Shown: positions 20,768-30,908, counted from the stretch's first letter. The stretch: 55,085 nucleotides of DNA from Myxococcota bacterium (GCA_040752415.1 JBFMGU010000037.1:1-55085); one strand, 5' to 3'. Notes: generated by a model from the sequence alone, not told the origin. Numbers and translations: made by a program.

Positions 20768-22075
20768 TCACGCGGTGGGCTTCAACCGCGCCAGCCACAG
20801 CATCCCCGCGAACGCCACGGCAAAGGCCAGGAACAGCGACGGCACGCTGCCCGCCCACGGAAACCACGTCGTCAGGGCGAGCACCAGCAGCGCGAGCGCG
20901 GTGGTGGCGTGCGTGTGCATCCGCCAGAGCAGCACCAGCGGGACCAGCAGCAGCACCGCGTAGTGGTCCAGCGTCTGCGGGTAGAGGAGCAGCGCCAGGC
21001 TGGTCACCAGGGCGAGCGCGAGGGTGTCGTCGTCGTCGTGGGGGGGCTGGCGCAGGCGCCACGCGGTCAGACCCAGCAGGGACAGCGCGCACAGCAGGAA
21101 CACCGGACTGAGCACCGGCCGCCCGCCTTCCCCGACGAGACCCGCGCGCGCCAACACCGCCAGCAGCGACTGGTTGACGGTCATCCGGTACATCTCGTCG
21201 GGGACCGCGCCCGCGCCGCGCTGCAGGTAGCCCAGCATCACGTCCGGCCCAAACGCCATCAACGCCAGCAGGGTCATCACCAGGAACGTCCCCAGCAGGC
21301 CGGCCAGCAGCTCCTTCCGACGACGCAGCAGCGGCTCCAGCACCACCAGCAGCAGGATGGGCTTCACCAGGATGCCCAGACAGAGCCACACGCCGCCCAG
21401 CGCGCGTTCCCGGTGGCGCCAGCCCAGCAGCAAGAGCAGCAGCACCAGGAAGTTGCTCTGCCCGACGAAGAACGTGGTCAACGTGGGAGGGAGCGCCAGC
21501 GTCAACGCCGCAACGGCCAACAGTCCCCGTGCCCCCGTGCCCGGCGCGAGGTGACGCCACAACAGAGCCGCCGACCCGACGAGCGCGCCGCATTGCACCA
21601 CGTACCAGGCGGTGTAGGCGCGGCGGATGTCGTCGAACCAGCCGAGGGGAAGGAAGAGCAGCATGGACTGCGGCGGGTTCCAGAAGCGGCCCTGCGAGAG
21701 GAAACGCGGACTGGCCTTGAAGGCGGCGGCCACCTCGCGCGCGGCGTCGGGGTCGTAGAAGTCCACGCCGTGCGCGGCGAGCCGGGCATGGATCCAGAAC
21801 ACCGGGAAGTCCCACTCCGGAACCTGCACCACGTTGCTGGCCATGACGCGCCACAGTGTGTGGCCGTGCGCGCCCAGGAGTGCCACCGACGTCGCCACGG
21901 TGAGGGCGGAGGGGAGGGTTGTCGTCGGGGCGGGGGGCAGGAGGAACAGGAGCGCCAGCAGCAACGCGCTCAGCCAGGCGGGCGCGCCAGAGGCCACCAA
22001 CGCGCCGGCCAGGAGTGCGCCGGACGTTGCGGCCACGACGAGTGACGACGGTGGAGAAGCGCGCGCGGTGGTCAC
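20768..22075 (-). CDS. Glycosyltransferase family 87 (DUF2029) polytopic membrane protein
   Basis: WDFPVFW, FWNPPQSMLLFLPL, GQSNFL, LVKP, NQSL and HYAVLL motifs with many TM helices; start uncertain (ORF open to 22132). Confidence 0.85.
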   Translation of the reverse strand: MTTARASPPSSLVVAATSGALLAGALVASGAPAWLSALLLALLFLLPPAPTTTLPSALTVATSVALLGAHGHTLWRVMASNVVQVPEWDFPVFWIHARLAAHGVDFYDPDAAREVAAAFKASPRFLSQGRFWNPPQSMLLFLPLGWFDDIRRAYTAWYVVQCGALVGSAALLWRHLAPGTGARGLLAVAALTLALPPTLTTFFVGQSNFLVLLLLLLGWRHRERALGGVWLCLGILVKPILLLVVLEPLLRRRKELLAGLLGTFLVMTLLALMAFGPDVMLGYLQRGAGAVPDEMYRMTVNQSLLAVLARAGLVGEGGRPVLSPVFLLCALSLLGLTAWRLRQPPHDDDDTLALALVTSLALLLYPQTLDHYAVLLLVPLVLLWRMHTHATTALALLVLALTTWFPWAGSVPSLFLAFAVAFAGMLWLARLKPTA

Positions 22076-22229
22076 CCGTCCGTCCCGGGGCACGGCCGAC
22101 AGTGGCCCGCGGCTCCCCTCGGCGGAATGCACTGCCAGCCGTCGGGCCGGGCGGTCAAGCCGGTAGGGTCCACCGTCCCGACGTCAGGTGCCTTGACGCG
22201 CGGTGTGCGACCTGCCCCAATTGCCACCC

Positions 22230-23321
22230 ATGAGCACCGTGAAGGCACCGGGCGGCGGAGCGCCGCAGACCGCGGCAGACCAGTTGCGCATGGCGCGCGC
22301 CAACGTGCGGCAGGAAGTGTTGCGCCAGGCCCGCGTGGGGAAGCCCACGGGCGCCCCGACGACGGGAGAGGGCACCGCGCCGGCGTCCGCCGAGCAGAAG
22401 TCGGACCCCAAGGCACCGGCGCGCGCCAAGTCCTCCTCCAGCAGCTCCCCGACGAGCACCACCTCCCGGACGTCCAGCCGCAGCCAGGGCACCAGCGCTC
22501 CCAACGTCAAGACCCAGCAGGCCAAGGCCAAGCAGGAGGCCACCGAGGCCAGCGCGGTGAAGGTGCACGAGGCCGCGGAGGTGGAATCCGGCGCCTCCGA
22601 CGCGTTCACCGGCGACACCAGCAACCTCCACGACATGAAGCGCATGATCGGCGCCGACGAGGGTGGGGCCGCGCCCACGGTGCCGCATGACGTGTTCGAC
22701 CCGAGCCTGTCCCCGACGGAGGTGGAGCAGCTCGGCAACATCCGCGCCGCGGTGCACATGGTGCGGCTCATGGACCACTGGGCGCGCGCCGGTGTCACCA
22801 AGGAGCAGGTGCTTTCCGACGCCTCGCAGATGCTGCTGGGCTTCTCCCGCCCGGAGGCGGCGCGCTCGGTGCTCAAGGAGCTGGAGCGGGCGCCCATCAA
22901 GACCGTGTACCCGTTGGAGCTGCAGCTCAGCCTGCTGGACCAGGTGCCCGGCTTCTTCCCCAACGTGAGCCGTGGCCACGTGGTGGACAACAAGGAGCGG
23001 CTGGAGAAGGGCGACCGCGTGCTGGCCGGCCATGATTGTCGGGTGCACGTGCCCTCGCGCGCCAAGGTGAAGTCGTTTGCGCTGCTGACGCCCGGGGAGC
23101 CCGGCTACGAGTTCGAGCCGCTCAAGCCCGGCGTGTTCCGCCTGCTCGTCGACACGCCCGGGGAATGGACCTTTGCGCTGCGCGCCGAGCTGGCGGGACA
23201 GGCCACCATTGACACCTTCACCGTGAAGGTGCGCGACCCGAATGCGGGTGTGCCGGCGCACCTCGTCGAGCCGAGCCTGGACGGCGAGCCCGAGGGCGGG
23301 TGGACCAAGCTGTCGGACTGA
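22230..23321 (+). CDS. Hypothetical protein (disordered N-terminus, helical middle, beta-rich C-terminal domain)
   Basis: Long ORF with host-like codon bias; TTGACG-N17-CCCAAT upstream. Confidence 0.75.
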   Translation: MSTVKAPGGGAPQTAADQLRMARANVRQEVLRQARVGKPTGAPTTGEGTAPASAEQKSDPKAPARAKSSSSSSPTSTTSRTSSRSQGTSAPNVKTQQAKAKQEATEASAVKVHEAAEVESGASDAFTGDTSNLHDMKRMIGADEGGAAPTVPHDVFDPSLSPTEVEQLGNIRAAVHMVRLMDHWARAGVTKEQVLSDASQMLLGFSRPEAARSVLKELERAPIKTVYPLELQLSLLDQVPGFFPNVSRGHVVDNKERLEKGDRVLAGHDCRVHVPSRAKVKSFALLTPGEPGYEFEPLKPGVFRLLVDTPGEWTFALRAELAGQATIDTFTVKVRDPNAGVPAHLVEPSLDGEPEGGWTKLSD

Positions 23322-23465
23322 CACCCTCTCCCGCCCACCCGCAAACGTCCCCTCGGTGATGATGACACGGCGTGAGCGGCGGTGAGGCTTTCGCGCACGT
23401 TCCTGGCCGAGCTGGGGCCCCGGCGATCCCAGCCAGAGGAGGCCGCCATCGAGGCTGACAGTGAG

Positions 23466-23530
23466 ATGGCGCGGGGTTTGACGCTCGACACGGGGCTCAT
23501 CGCTCATTGCGCTGGAACGACGAACGACAG
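23466..23530 (+). pseudogene. 5' remnant of PIN/VapC-family toxin gene
   Basis: GLTLDTG-LI then, after a 7-nt tandem duplication (gctcatc/gctcatt), LIALERR. This matches the recalled 'GLT(F/L)DTGALIALERR' start of a myxobacterial/actinobacterial PIN family. Confidence 0.55.
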
Positions 23531-23617
23531 GATTCGCGGATGCACCCGACTTTGAGTCTGACGTTGCTGATGACTCTGCGGCGGCACGCCACCCGGTGCT
23601 GCGCCAAGTTCCGACGC

Positions 23618-26600
23618 TCAGGGGCAGCCAGCACGGTTGCGCTCGATTACGCCGACGCCCGCCAGCCGCGGACCCAGACGCTCCCTGAAAGCCGTAGCGG
23701 CGCAAGTAGGTAGTTTCTCGTTGCCGGAAATGGTCAGGTCTCCGTCCACCCTCGTGATGGCCGCGAGACCGGTCAGAGCCGTCAAATTCGGATTGTCGAT
23801 GATCGCCAGGTTCCCTGACACACTGGTTGGTTCGGACAGGAGGACGGTGGCCAGGGCGCTGTTGGAAGCGATCGCTAGTGCCCCCAGCGTGCGGACTTTG
23901 GGCAAGTCAACGGCCCTCAAGGCACGATTGCTGTAGAAGCCGAGGTTTGCTTCAACCGAGGTCAGTTTTGGGAGCGCCACCTCGGTGACGGCGCAAGAGC
24001 GAATTGTGATCCCCCCGGTACCAACGCTGCGCAGGTTTGGGAGGAGGACCCGTCGTAAGGAAGCATTGTCGTCCACCATCAGCTTCTCGCTTACGCCGTC
24101 GAGGGAATCCAATTGGAGCAGTGTCAGCGCATGGTTGCGCTCCACATTGATGCTATTGGCACTTGCCAGCGCGGGTACCGCGAGAACCGTCAGCCCGTTC
24201 TTGTCAATCTGAATAACGCCGCCCACGGACCTGACCGCCTTCAACAAGACAGTTGCGAGCGCCGGGTTGGCCTCGATGGACAAGCCTGCTTTCACGACAC
24301 CCAAACTCGGAACTTCAAGTGTGGGGAGAGCGACGTTGTCCGTGGCAGTAAGACTGTTGACGGTGGCCAGCGCCTCTAGGCTGACCTTGATAAGTGCCTT
24401 GTTGTTGCGGATTCGCAATTCGCCCCCGACGGAGCGGAGCTGTGGCAGCAGGAGATCGGCCAATGCCGGATTCCCATCGACATTCACGCCGCCCACGACG
24501 GTCGTTAGGGCCGGCAAATCAATCCTTTTCAGCACCGAATTGCCGGTAATCGCAACCAAATCGCCGACGCTGGCAAGCAGGGGTAAGTTTAACTCGGCGA
24601 TGGCGGTACTCTCATGAATTCGAAGGGTTCCTCCGACGGCCTTCAACCCAGATAGCCCCATGATGTTGGACAGACCAGGGGCATGAACCGTCAGATTCCC
24701 CGTTACCGTGAAACACGGGTTTCTTCCGAGGGCTGCTACGTCATCTGAGTTGCGCACCTCGACGCTGCCCTCTTTCACAACGCACGCACCAACGTTGTCC
24801 GCGCCGGGTTTGGGTTCCTCGTCAGATTCAGAAGGCCGCAACGGTACCTCAGGCCCCACGTCCTGCGGCCCTTCCAATGGGGCCGGGCACGGAGTCGTAA
24901 TTACCTGCTCCTCCGACGTCACTGTGAGCCACGGCCCCGTATTGCCCTGGTAGCACATCGCCCTTTGAAACTTGCCGTCCTCGTCGAGGTAAACGCGCCA
25001 TCCAACGGGCCTTTTCCCGCGATACCGACCCCGGAACTGGACATTTCCACCTGGGTAGTAGCCAACAAGTTCGGTCTCGCCGTTTGTAGTGGGGAGCTGT
25101 TCGAGCGCCTTCTGACCGGAGTCGTACCAGGAGATTGAGGGCCCGGATGCGGTCTGCGTCCGTGGATCGACACATGTCCACGATCGGATGCGTTCAAAGC
25201 GTTCCGTCTGTGCAAACGACTCCCAGACGGTTTGGCCCGGCGGGCAGTTCCGCGCGCCCCAAGTTGATCGGTCTTGGGATGCGATGTGAGGAGGTGAACT
25301 GGGTGAGTGGGCGACGTCCTCACGTCTCATCGTCGAGCCAAAGAGCACCGCGACAATAACAAGAACACCGGTGGCGAGCAGCCACCCCCGTCCTCGGCGC
25401 TGGTGCGGTTGTTCGGCTGAACTATTGCCAGCGGCATGTGCCCGCGCCGGAGCCGTCGTCGCTATCGGGGCAGTCTGCCGCGGGAGCGACGGACTACGCG
25501 GAGGCACGGGCCATCCATCGCCAATGAGCGCGACGGCGAACGCGGCGGCTGTTGCGCAGGCATGTTGCTTCCATTCGTCACGCTGGACTGTCTGGGGTGC
25601 GGCCGAGACTCCAGCAAACCAATTGCGTACCCTGACGTTCCAAGGAACATGTCTGGGCACATCTGAGACGCCGCGGACCATGATGAAGCCAATCGCGGTT
25701 CCTGATGACGTTACACTCTCGATCGCCGCCGCGGCACCGGCACCCTCCATCTCGACAGCCCGCAGTTTGGGCCAGGCCCTCAGGACGCGCGCAAAGAACG
25801 CGTCAGTAATGTCATCGACAACCTTGTCCCCAGACGCGACGGGCCCGGTCACTGCCTTTGTCGAAGGCGCGTTTCGGAGAAACGGCCCCGCCATTTCACG
25901 CCAGCGCGCGTCAGACAGAAGTCGCTGCGCTGCGCTCAGCAGGGCTTGGTCGACACGGTAGGTGAAATCAGGCCGCGGCTTGAATCCGCGCTCGTCAATC
26001 TTTCCGTATTCGTAACCCCAAATGGTGTCGGAAATGACGACGTCCGCAAGGCTGAGTCCCGCACCAAGGCCTCCACCGCAACCAACGAGCATTACGTATC
26101 GGGGCCTCCACCGCCTTGCTGTCTCGATTACTGCGAGTGCGCCGGAGGTGTTTCCAGGACGGCCCGCGAGGGCGAGGACGACGGAGTAGGCACTGCCCCC
26201 GTCCTTCGTGGTCACAATGCCGACCTCCCAGGCGTAGGGGTTTGGGCTCGTCGCGGCGCCAGGCGCGTGGGTCGGTTTTTCAAGAAGCTGCTCAACCGCC
26301 CGGTACTCTTCAGGAAGAACGGTGACGATAGCCACATCGACGCCATCGCGCATGACATCCTGGTATGGCGGTGGCATTTCAAATGCGCGCGCCGTCCCGA
26401 CATCCGCGGCGGGCTGGCTAACTCGAGCGGCGGATTGTTCACCGCCCGCGTCAGTCGAGAACGCCATACCAGCTTCTGTGACAAAACCGCTCACGTCTCC
26501 GCGGCTCTGATGACGCGTAAGCCTGACGAGGCCATGCTCCTCCAACACATGCAGATCGGTCCTGTCGATCGCCACATTCGTGGCCCCATCCGCGAGGACC

Positions 26601-27301
26601 ACTGCCGTCCCGCTGAATGACGACGTGGTCATGAACTCCTTGTGTTTACCCTTGGGGACTTGCAGCTGGGCGCGGGCCAGCGCGGTCAGGAGCGCCAATT
26701 GGTCTGGAGAAATCCGTCCTGAGCTGATTGACGGTTGTGGGGATTGCTCTGGTCGCTGAGGCGGATCCCAGCCGTGGAAGGACTCAAGCGCCTCGTCGAG
26801 ACTGCTGACGTGGAGCACATCGACAGCAAGCTGCACACTCGTCACGAACCCGGGACCGGCGGCCCCATCTACCCCAGGAAAGAACCGGTGAAGATCGTTC
26901 AGCACGGTGAGCGCCACCGACGTCCGCAGCTCGGGCAACGAAGCCCTACGGGCAATCTCGGTGACCGCCCAGAGCTTGTTGAGGTCGTCGATGCGACAGG
27001 TTCCTAATGGGCCCGACCTTCCGCCAAGTAGGCGCCCGCAGTCCGCCACCACCATCCTCGCAGTGTCATGCCCACCGTCCGCGAGCACGAGCACGCCGCC
27101 AAGCGTGAGCCTTAGGCCGTTGTTGGCCTCAACGTAGGTCGGGATCGAGCTGTTCAGCGCGTCGTAGGCGGGTTTGTCCAGCTCGTTGAGGAATTCGTGG
27201 TGTGGCACCCTGCCGCCCGTCGCCATTGTTCGTTCCAAGACCGTGGCGAGCATGGCTCGCGCGAGCGGAGGTAAGGGCTGGGCTGGACGTTTGGGCGGCA
27301 T
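23618..27301 (-). CDS. Single-pass membrane protein: unknown N-domain + wHTH-like + PNP/MTA-SAH nucleosidase domain + TM + MORN-variant repeats + LRR/receptor L-domain solenoid
   Basis: VAIVTVLPEE, MLVGCGGG, ADVVIS, YEYGK, GPVASGDKVV, AVEMEGAG, MVRGVSD (aa ~321-600); RRGRG-WLLATGVLVIVAVLFG TM (aa ~640-656); WYDSGQK/YYPGGNVQFRGRY; ~14 repeats of LPxLxxVGGxLxIxxNxxL. Confidence 0.85.
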   Translation of the reverse strand: MPPKRPAQPLPPLARAMLATVLERTMATGGRVPHHEFLNELDKPAYDALNSSIPTYVEANNGLRLTLGGVLVLADGGHDTARMVVADCGRLLGGRSGPLGTCRIDDLNKLWAVTEIARRASLPELRTSVALTVLNDLHRFFPGVDGAAGPGFVTSVQLAVDVLHVSSLDEALESFHGWDPPQRPEQSPQPSISSGRISPDQLALLTALARAQLQVPKGKHKEFMTTSSFSGTAVVLADGATNVAIDRTDLHVLEEHGLVRLTRHQSRGDVSGFVTEAGMAFSTDAGGEQSAARVSQPAADVGTARAFEMPPPYQDVMRDGVDVAIVTVLPEEYRAVEQLLEKPTHAPGAATSPNPYAWEVGIVTTKDGGSAYSVVLALAGRPGNTSGALAVIETARRWRPRYVMLVGCGGGLGAGLSLADVVISDTIWGYEYGKIDERGFKPRPDFTYRVDQALLSAAQRLLSDARWREMAGPFLRNAPSTKAVTGPVASGDKVVDDITDAFFARVLRAWPKLRAVEMEGAGAAAAIESVTSSGTAIGFIMVRGVSDVPRHVPWNVRVRNWFAGVSAAPQTVQRDEWKQHACATAAAFAVALIGDGWPVPPRSPSLPRQTAPIATTAPARAHAAGNSSAEQPHQRRGRGWLLATGVLVIVAVLFGSTMRREDVAHSPSSPPHIASQDRSTWGARNCPPGQTVWESFAQTERFERIRSWTCVDPRTQTASGPSISWYDSGQKALEQLPTTNGETELVGYYPGGNVQFRGRYRGKRPVGWRVYLDEDGKFQRAMCYQGNTGPWLTVTSEEQVITTPCPAPLEGPQDVGPEVPLRPSESDEEPKPGADNVGACVVKEGSVEVRNSDDVAALGRNPCFTVTGNLTVHAPGLSNIMGLSGLKAVGGTLRIHESTAIAELNLPLLASVGDLVAITGNSVLKRIDLPALTTVVGGVNVDGNPALADLLLPQLRSVGGELRIRNNKALIKVSLEALATVNSLTATDNVALPTLEVPSLGVVKAGLSIEANPALATVLLKAVRSVGGVIQIDKNGLTVLAVPALASANSINVERNHALTLLQLDSLDGVSEKLMVDDNASLRRVLLPNLRSVGTGGITIRSCAVTEVALPKLTSVEANLGFYSNRALRAVDLPKVRTLGALAIASNSALATVLLSEPTSVSGNLAIIDNPNLTALTGLAAITRVDGDLTISGNEKLPTCAATAFRERLGPRLAGVGVIERNRAGCP

Positions 27302-27597
27302 GGCGGCTTACACCTACAGAACGCGTAGGTGGTTAGTCCAAGCGACGTCACACGCGCAATTGATGGCGTAATGAGGTGGTTGGGTGGACGGCCATGGACG
27401 GCGTCGCAGAGGGCACGCGAATCAGGTGATGACCGTTGGCGGTGGGAGGAGGTCAGGATCGCCTACGCCACGACCGTGCAGGTACTGCGGCACACCGTCG
27501 CCACCGACAGGTGCCCGCCCTGAGGCAGCGCCGGAGCGGCGCGGGTGACATCTCGGGGACCCGGCCGCCCTCAGCCCCCTCTGGGGCCTGCGCGCGT

Positions 27598-28425
27598 TCA
27601 GCCGGGAACGAGCTCGCCGTCCACCGGCATGGTCGTGCCGCCGTCCACGGGCTCGGCGTTGGCGTCGTTGACGGGCGGGAGCAGCACGTCCTCGGGGAGC
27701 GGACCCTCCTGCTCGCGCTTGCGCGCCTCCACGCGTGCCTGCGCCACCGCCTGGTCAAACAACCCCAGGAGCTCGCTGCACCGGTCAATCGCCTCCTTGT
27801 CTTCCAAGACGTGCGCGCCCTCCAACTCGCCCTGCGCCGTGACGTCCACAAGGCGAATGGCCTCCACCGCGTCCGCATAGCGCTGCTTCAGATCCGCGCG
27901 CGCCACGCCGACGTCGTTCAGCTCATGCATAGCCTTGGTGCCGGCCGCATCCAGCGCCTCCGCCATGCCTGCGGCGAGGTCCAGAGCGGCGGGCTTGGCT
28001 CCCAGATCCAGGAAACGCTGACGGTTGGCGCTGAGACCATCGCGGTACGTCACCACGAAGTCCCGGTACTCCTTGGGCGTGCGCGGCGTGCCGGCGCCGT
28101 ATCCCGCGGCCCGCAATAGCACCTTGCGAACTTCAGGGCGTTTCTCGCGCTTGGCCACATTCTCGAGGTGACGGCGTGAATGCGTGAACTTCCCACGGAT
28201 GGCGTTCTGCTCAGCCACAGCAAGCGACGCCTCGGACTCCTCCTTGATGAGCCGCGAGAAGGCGCCGCGGTAGGCCGCAGTGGCGGTGTCGTACTTGGTC
28301 TTCCAGTCGGCCCCCTCGGTGGCCGTCATCGTGTCGTGGATGGCCGCACCCTGGGTCTTGAGCGCTTCGCCCACGAAATGCGCCAGGTAGTAGAGGTCCA
28401 GGTAGCTGATCTTCGAAAGCTCCAT
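27598..28425 (-). CDS. Hypothetical all-alpha protein
   Basis: 275-aa ORF with natural helical composition; GGGGAG SD before ATG 28425. Confidence 0.75.
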   Translation of the reverse strand: MELSKISYLDLYYLAHFVGEALKTQGAAIHDTMTATEGADWKTKYDTATAAYRGAFSRLIKEESEASLAVAEQNAIRGKFTHSRRHLENVAKREKRPEVRKVLLRAAGYGAGTPRTPKEYRDFVVTYRDGLSANRQRFLDLGAKPAALDLAAGMAEALDAAGTKAMHELNDVGVARADLKQRYADAVEAIRLVDVTAQGELEGAHVLEDKEAIDRCSELLGLFDQAVAQARVEARKREQEGPLPEDVLLPPVNDANAEPVDGGTTMPVDGELVPG

Positions 28426-28946
28426 GAGGCTCCCCGCTGTGGCCGCTGGCTTGAGCGTCAGCGGTGGCCGGCGGTGTAGTCACCGCGAGGTGTGGTGGCA
28501 ACCGCGAGCGTTGGGACAAGTGACGGATGCCGCCAGTGCAGCGCTCCGAGCAGCTCCCGGCACCCTGTGAGCGCGCTCGCGGCGAGGCGCGGGCCGGCGC
28601 CGGGGCCCTGTCGTGTAGGTGGCGGGCGCATACAGGCGACGACCCGGTGCCCCGCAAGCGCCCGCCGGGACTCTGCCGGACTGGATTCAGTGGTCGGATG
28701 TGGGTGCGCCGGGGGCCTGCAGGGGGCTCGCGGGCGCCTGCGGTCGCCCGCCGGCGGCCCGGGGGTCGGCGCGCGGCGGTGTGCGGGCGGGTGCCGGGCC
28801 ATGAGACACAGGCTCCTGCTCCGCCAAGGGCTTTGTGCGCTGCGGGTGGTGGGTGGTGGTGGGGCACCATCGGAGCCCCAGGATCAGCCACATGATATCC
28901 AGCCGGACTCGACCAGCGCGGTGGCCTCGCGCTAGACCGGCGACCG

Positions 28947-30764
28947 ATGTTTAGGACGTTGCTTCGCCCCAGTTCAGTTTTGCGGAAACAGTACATCGCG
29001 GTGGCGCTCGTGTTGGGTTGTGCCCCGGCCCCGGACGCCTGTGCCCCTCCTCCGGCGCCTTCACCAACGACGGACCCTGGTGGAAGGTCATGCAACAGCG
29101 ATGGTTGGTGCTGGCGCCACCCGCTACCGCATGGGAACGAGTACCTCGGTGCCAGTTCCGCAGGGGATGGCCACGGATTTCTCGTCGGAAGGGCTGGGGC
29201 CTTCATGGAGTGGCGGGGCACCGAGCTCAATTCGCTGACGGACCTGTCGGGCGTCGACCTCCATGCGGTCTTTGCCTTCAGCGCAGACGACGTGTGGGCT
29301 GTCGGAGACCGCGGCACGGTGCTCCACTATGACGGCAACGCCGTGACTCAGACGCCAGCGCCGGCGACAGCGGATCTTCGCGCCGTATGGAGCCCATATC
29401 GAGGCAACGTGTGGGTTGGGGGCAATGGTGTTCTGGCGTCGTGGGATGGCAGCGAGTGGAGACGTTTCCAGACGTCTCACAACATCCTCGCCATGGGCGG
29501 GCGATCCGAGGCGGACGTCTGGGCGCTGAGCGAGACCGCGGTGGTCAGGTTCAACGGAACGGAATGGTCTTCCGTCAAGAACGTCGTGGGGGCCAAGGAC
29601 ATGTGGGTTGCTCCGCAGGACGACGTCTACGTTCTCGTGGACGGATGGACCCACCACTGGAAGGACAATCGCTGGCGGACGTTCGCGAACGGCGAGGCGC
29701 CGCTGCTGGAACGACTGAGCGGGAACACAGCGGGAGAAATCCGGGGCACCGAGAGCGGCGCGGTCTTCCGGCTGGCGGGCGAATCCTGGGTGAGGATCAC
29801 GGAACGGAACGCAGAGCCCCTCCTGCGCGACCTGGTGACGCTCTGGGTCGATGACCGGGGACCGACGTACATTGCGGGGCGCGCTGGCACTCTCGCGAGG
29901 GTGGCGGATGGGAACCATGAGATTCTCGCGGGTCCATCCCGGATGGAGCACCTCTACGCGGTTTCAGGCAGTGCGCCCGACGACGTGTGGATGGCCGGTC
30001 GCAATGGTGTGATTCTGCACTGGGACGGGACCGCTGTTTCCGTTCACGCTGAAGGCCGAAACGGCGGAACTGCGTATTACGACGCTTGGATGGTGGGGCG
30101 TGACGATGGCTGGCTCGTGGGTGAGCGAGGAACTGCGCTCCACTGGAATGGTCACGGTTGGCTGACGACGGAAACGGGTACTGGCGTCAACCTCTTTGGG
30201 GTGTGGGCCGCAGATGCCAACCACGTCTGGGCGGTTGGCGATGGCAGGGGCAGTTGGCCGGGGTACGGCGTCATCCGGTTCTGGGATGGCCAACGCTGGC
30301 ACCGGGAAATGGACGGTGTTTCTGGCTTTGTGGGTGTGTCCGGAACGTCTGGTGACGACGTGTGGGCATGCACGGTCGACGGTGTTGTCTATCGGCGGCA
30401 GGGCGGCGAGTGGCAGGAATTGCCGGAGCGGCATGGTATTGCCACAGCAATTTGGGCCCGCAGCCCCGACGACGTGTGGCTCGCCGGACAGTCGCTGGAG
30501 CGGTGGAATGGTATCGAATGGCAGCCGATAGACATTCCCGAGTTGGCAGACGAGCGGGCGCAGCTACTCACTGGCGCCGCGTCGAATGGTGTCTGGGCAG
30601 TGACGCCGACGGGAACGGCTTTTCACCATGACGGCGCGAGTTGGCGAAGGCTCAGCCTACCCGCTCGCACTCGAATGTGGGACTTGTCGTCTCCTGCGGC
30701 CGGCGGTGTTTGGGGCGTGGGGGAAGACGGGGCGGTATTGTGGCGAGACGTGGAGACCAAGTGA
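28947..30764 (+). CDS. WD40/YVTN/BNR-like beta-propeller repeat protein, probable lipoprotein
   Basis: VLGC lipobox-like; CNSDGWCWRHPLPHGN cap; many DVWAVG/HWDG repeats. Confidence 0.85.
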   Translation: MFRTLLRPSSVLRKQYIAVALVLGCAPAPDACAPPPAPSPTTDPGGRSCNSDGWCWRHPLPHGNEYLGASSAGDGHGFLVGRAGAFMEWRGTELNSLTDLSGVDLHAVFAFSADDVWAVGDRGTVLHYDGNAVTQTPAPATADLRAVWSPYRGNVWVGGNGVLASWDGSEWRRFQTSHNILAMGGRSEADVWALSETAVVRFNGTEWSSVKNVVGAKDMWVAPQDDVYVLVDGWTHHWKDNRWRTFANGEAPLLERLSGNTAGEIRGTESGAVFRLAGESWVRITERNAEPLLRDLVTLWVDDRGPTYIAGRAGTLARVADGNHEILAGPSRMEHLYAVSGSAPDDVWMAGRNGVILHWDGTAVSVHAEGRNGGTAYYDAWMVGRDDGWLVGERGTALHWNGHGWLTTETGTGVNLFGVWAADANHVWAVGDGRGSWPGYGVIRFWDGQRWHREMDGVSGFVGVSGTSGDDVWACTVDGVVYRRQGGEWQELPERHGIATAIWARSPDDVWLAGQSLERWNGIEWQPIDIPELADERAQLLTGAASNGVWAVTPTGTAFHHDGASWRRLSLPARTRMWDLSSPAAGGVWGVGEDGAVLWRDVETK

Positions 30765-30908
30765 CGGCGCTCCGGGGGCGCAAGGTTGCAGCGCGCCCAC
30801 GAGGAAGGAGCCGTGGTGGACGACGAGCCCGGTGTCACGCGTGACCGCATCTGCGCCATGGCCCGCGCCGTCGGCGCACGGTTCTCCCAACCCGTCCAGC
30901 TATTCCAG

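Noticed and set aside
30805..30900. AAGGAG followed by VVDDEPG, a possible receiver-domain remnant
   Set aside because: Similarity is limited to six residues and the frame runs antisense into the immunity gene
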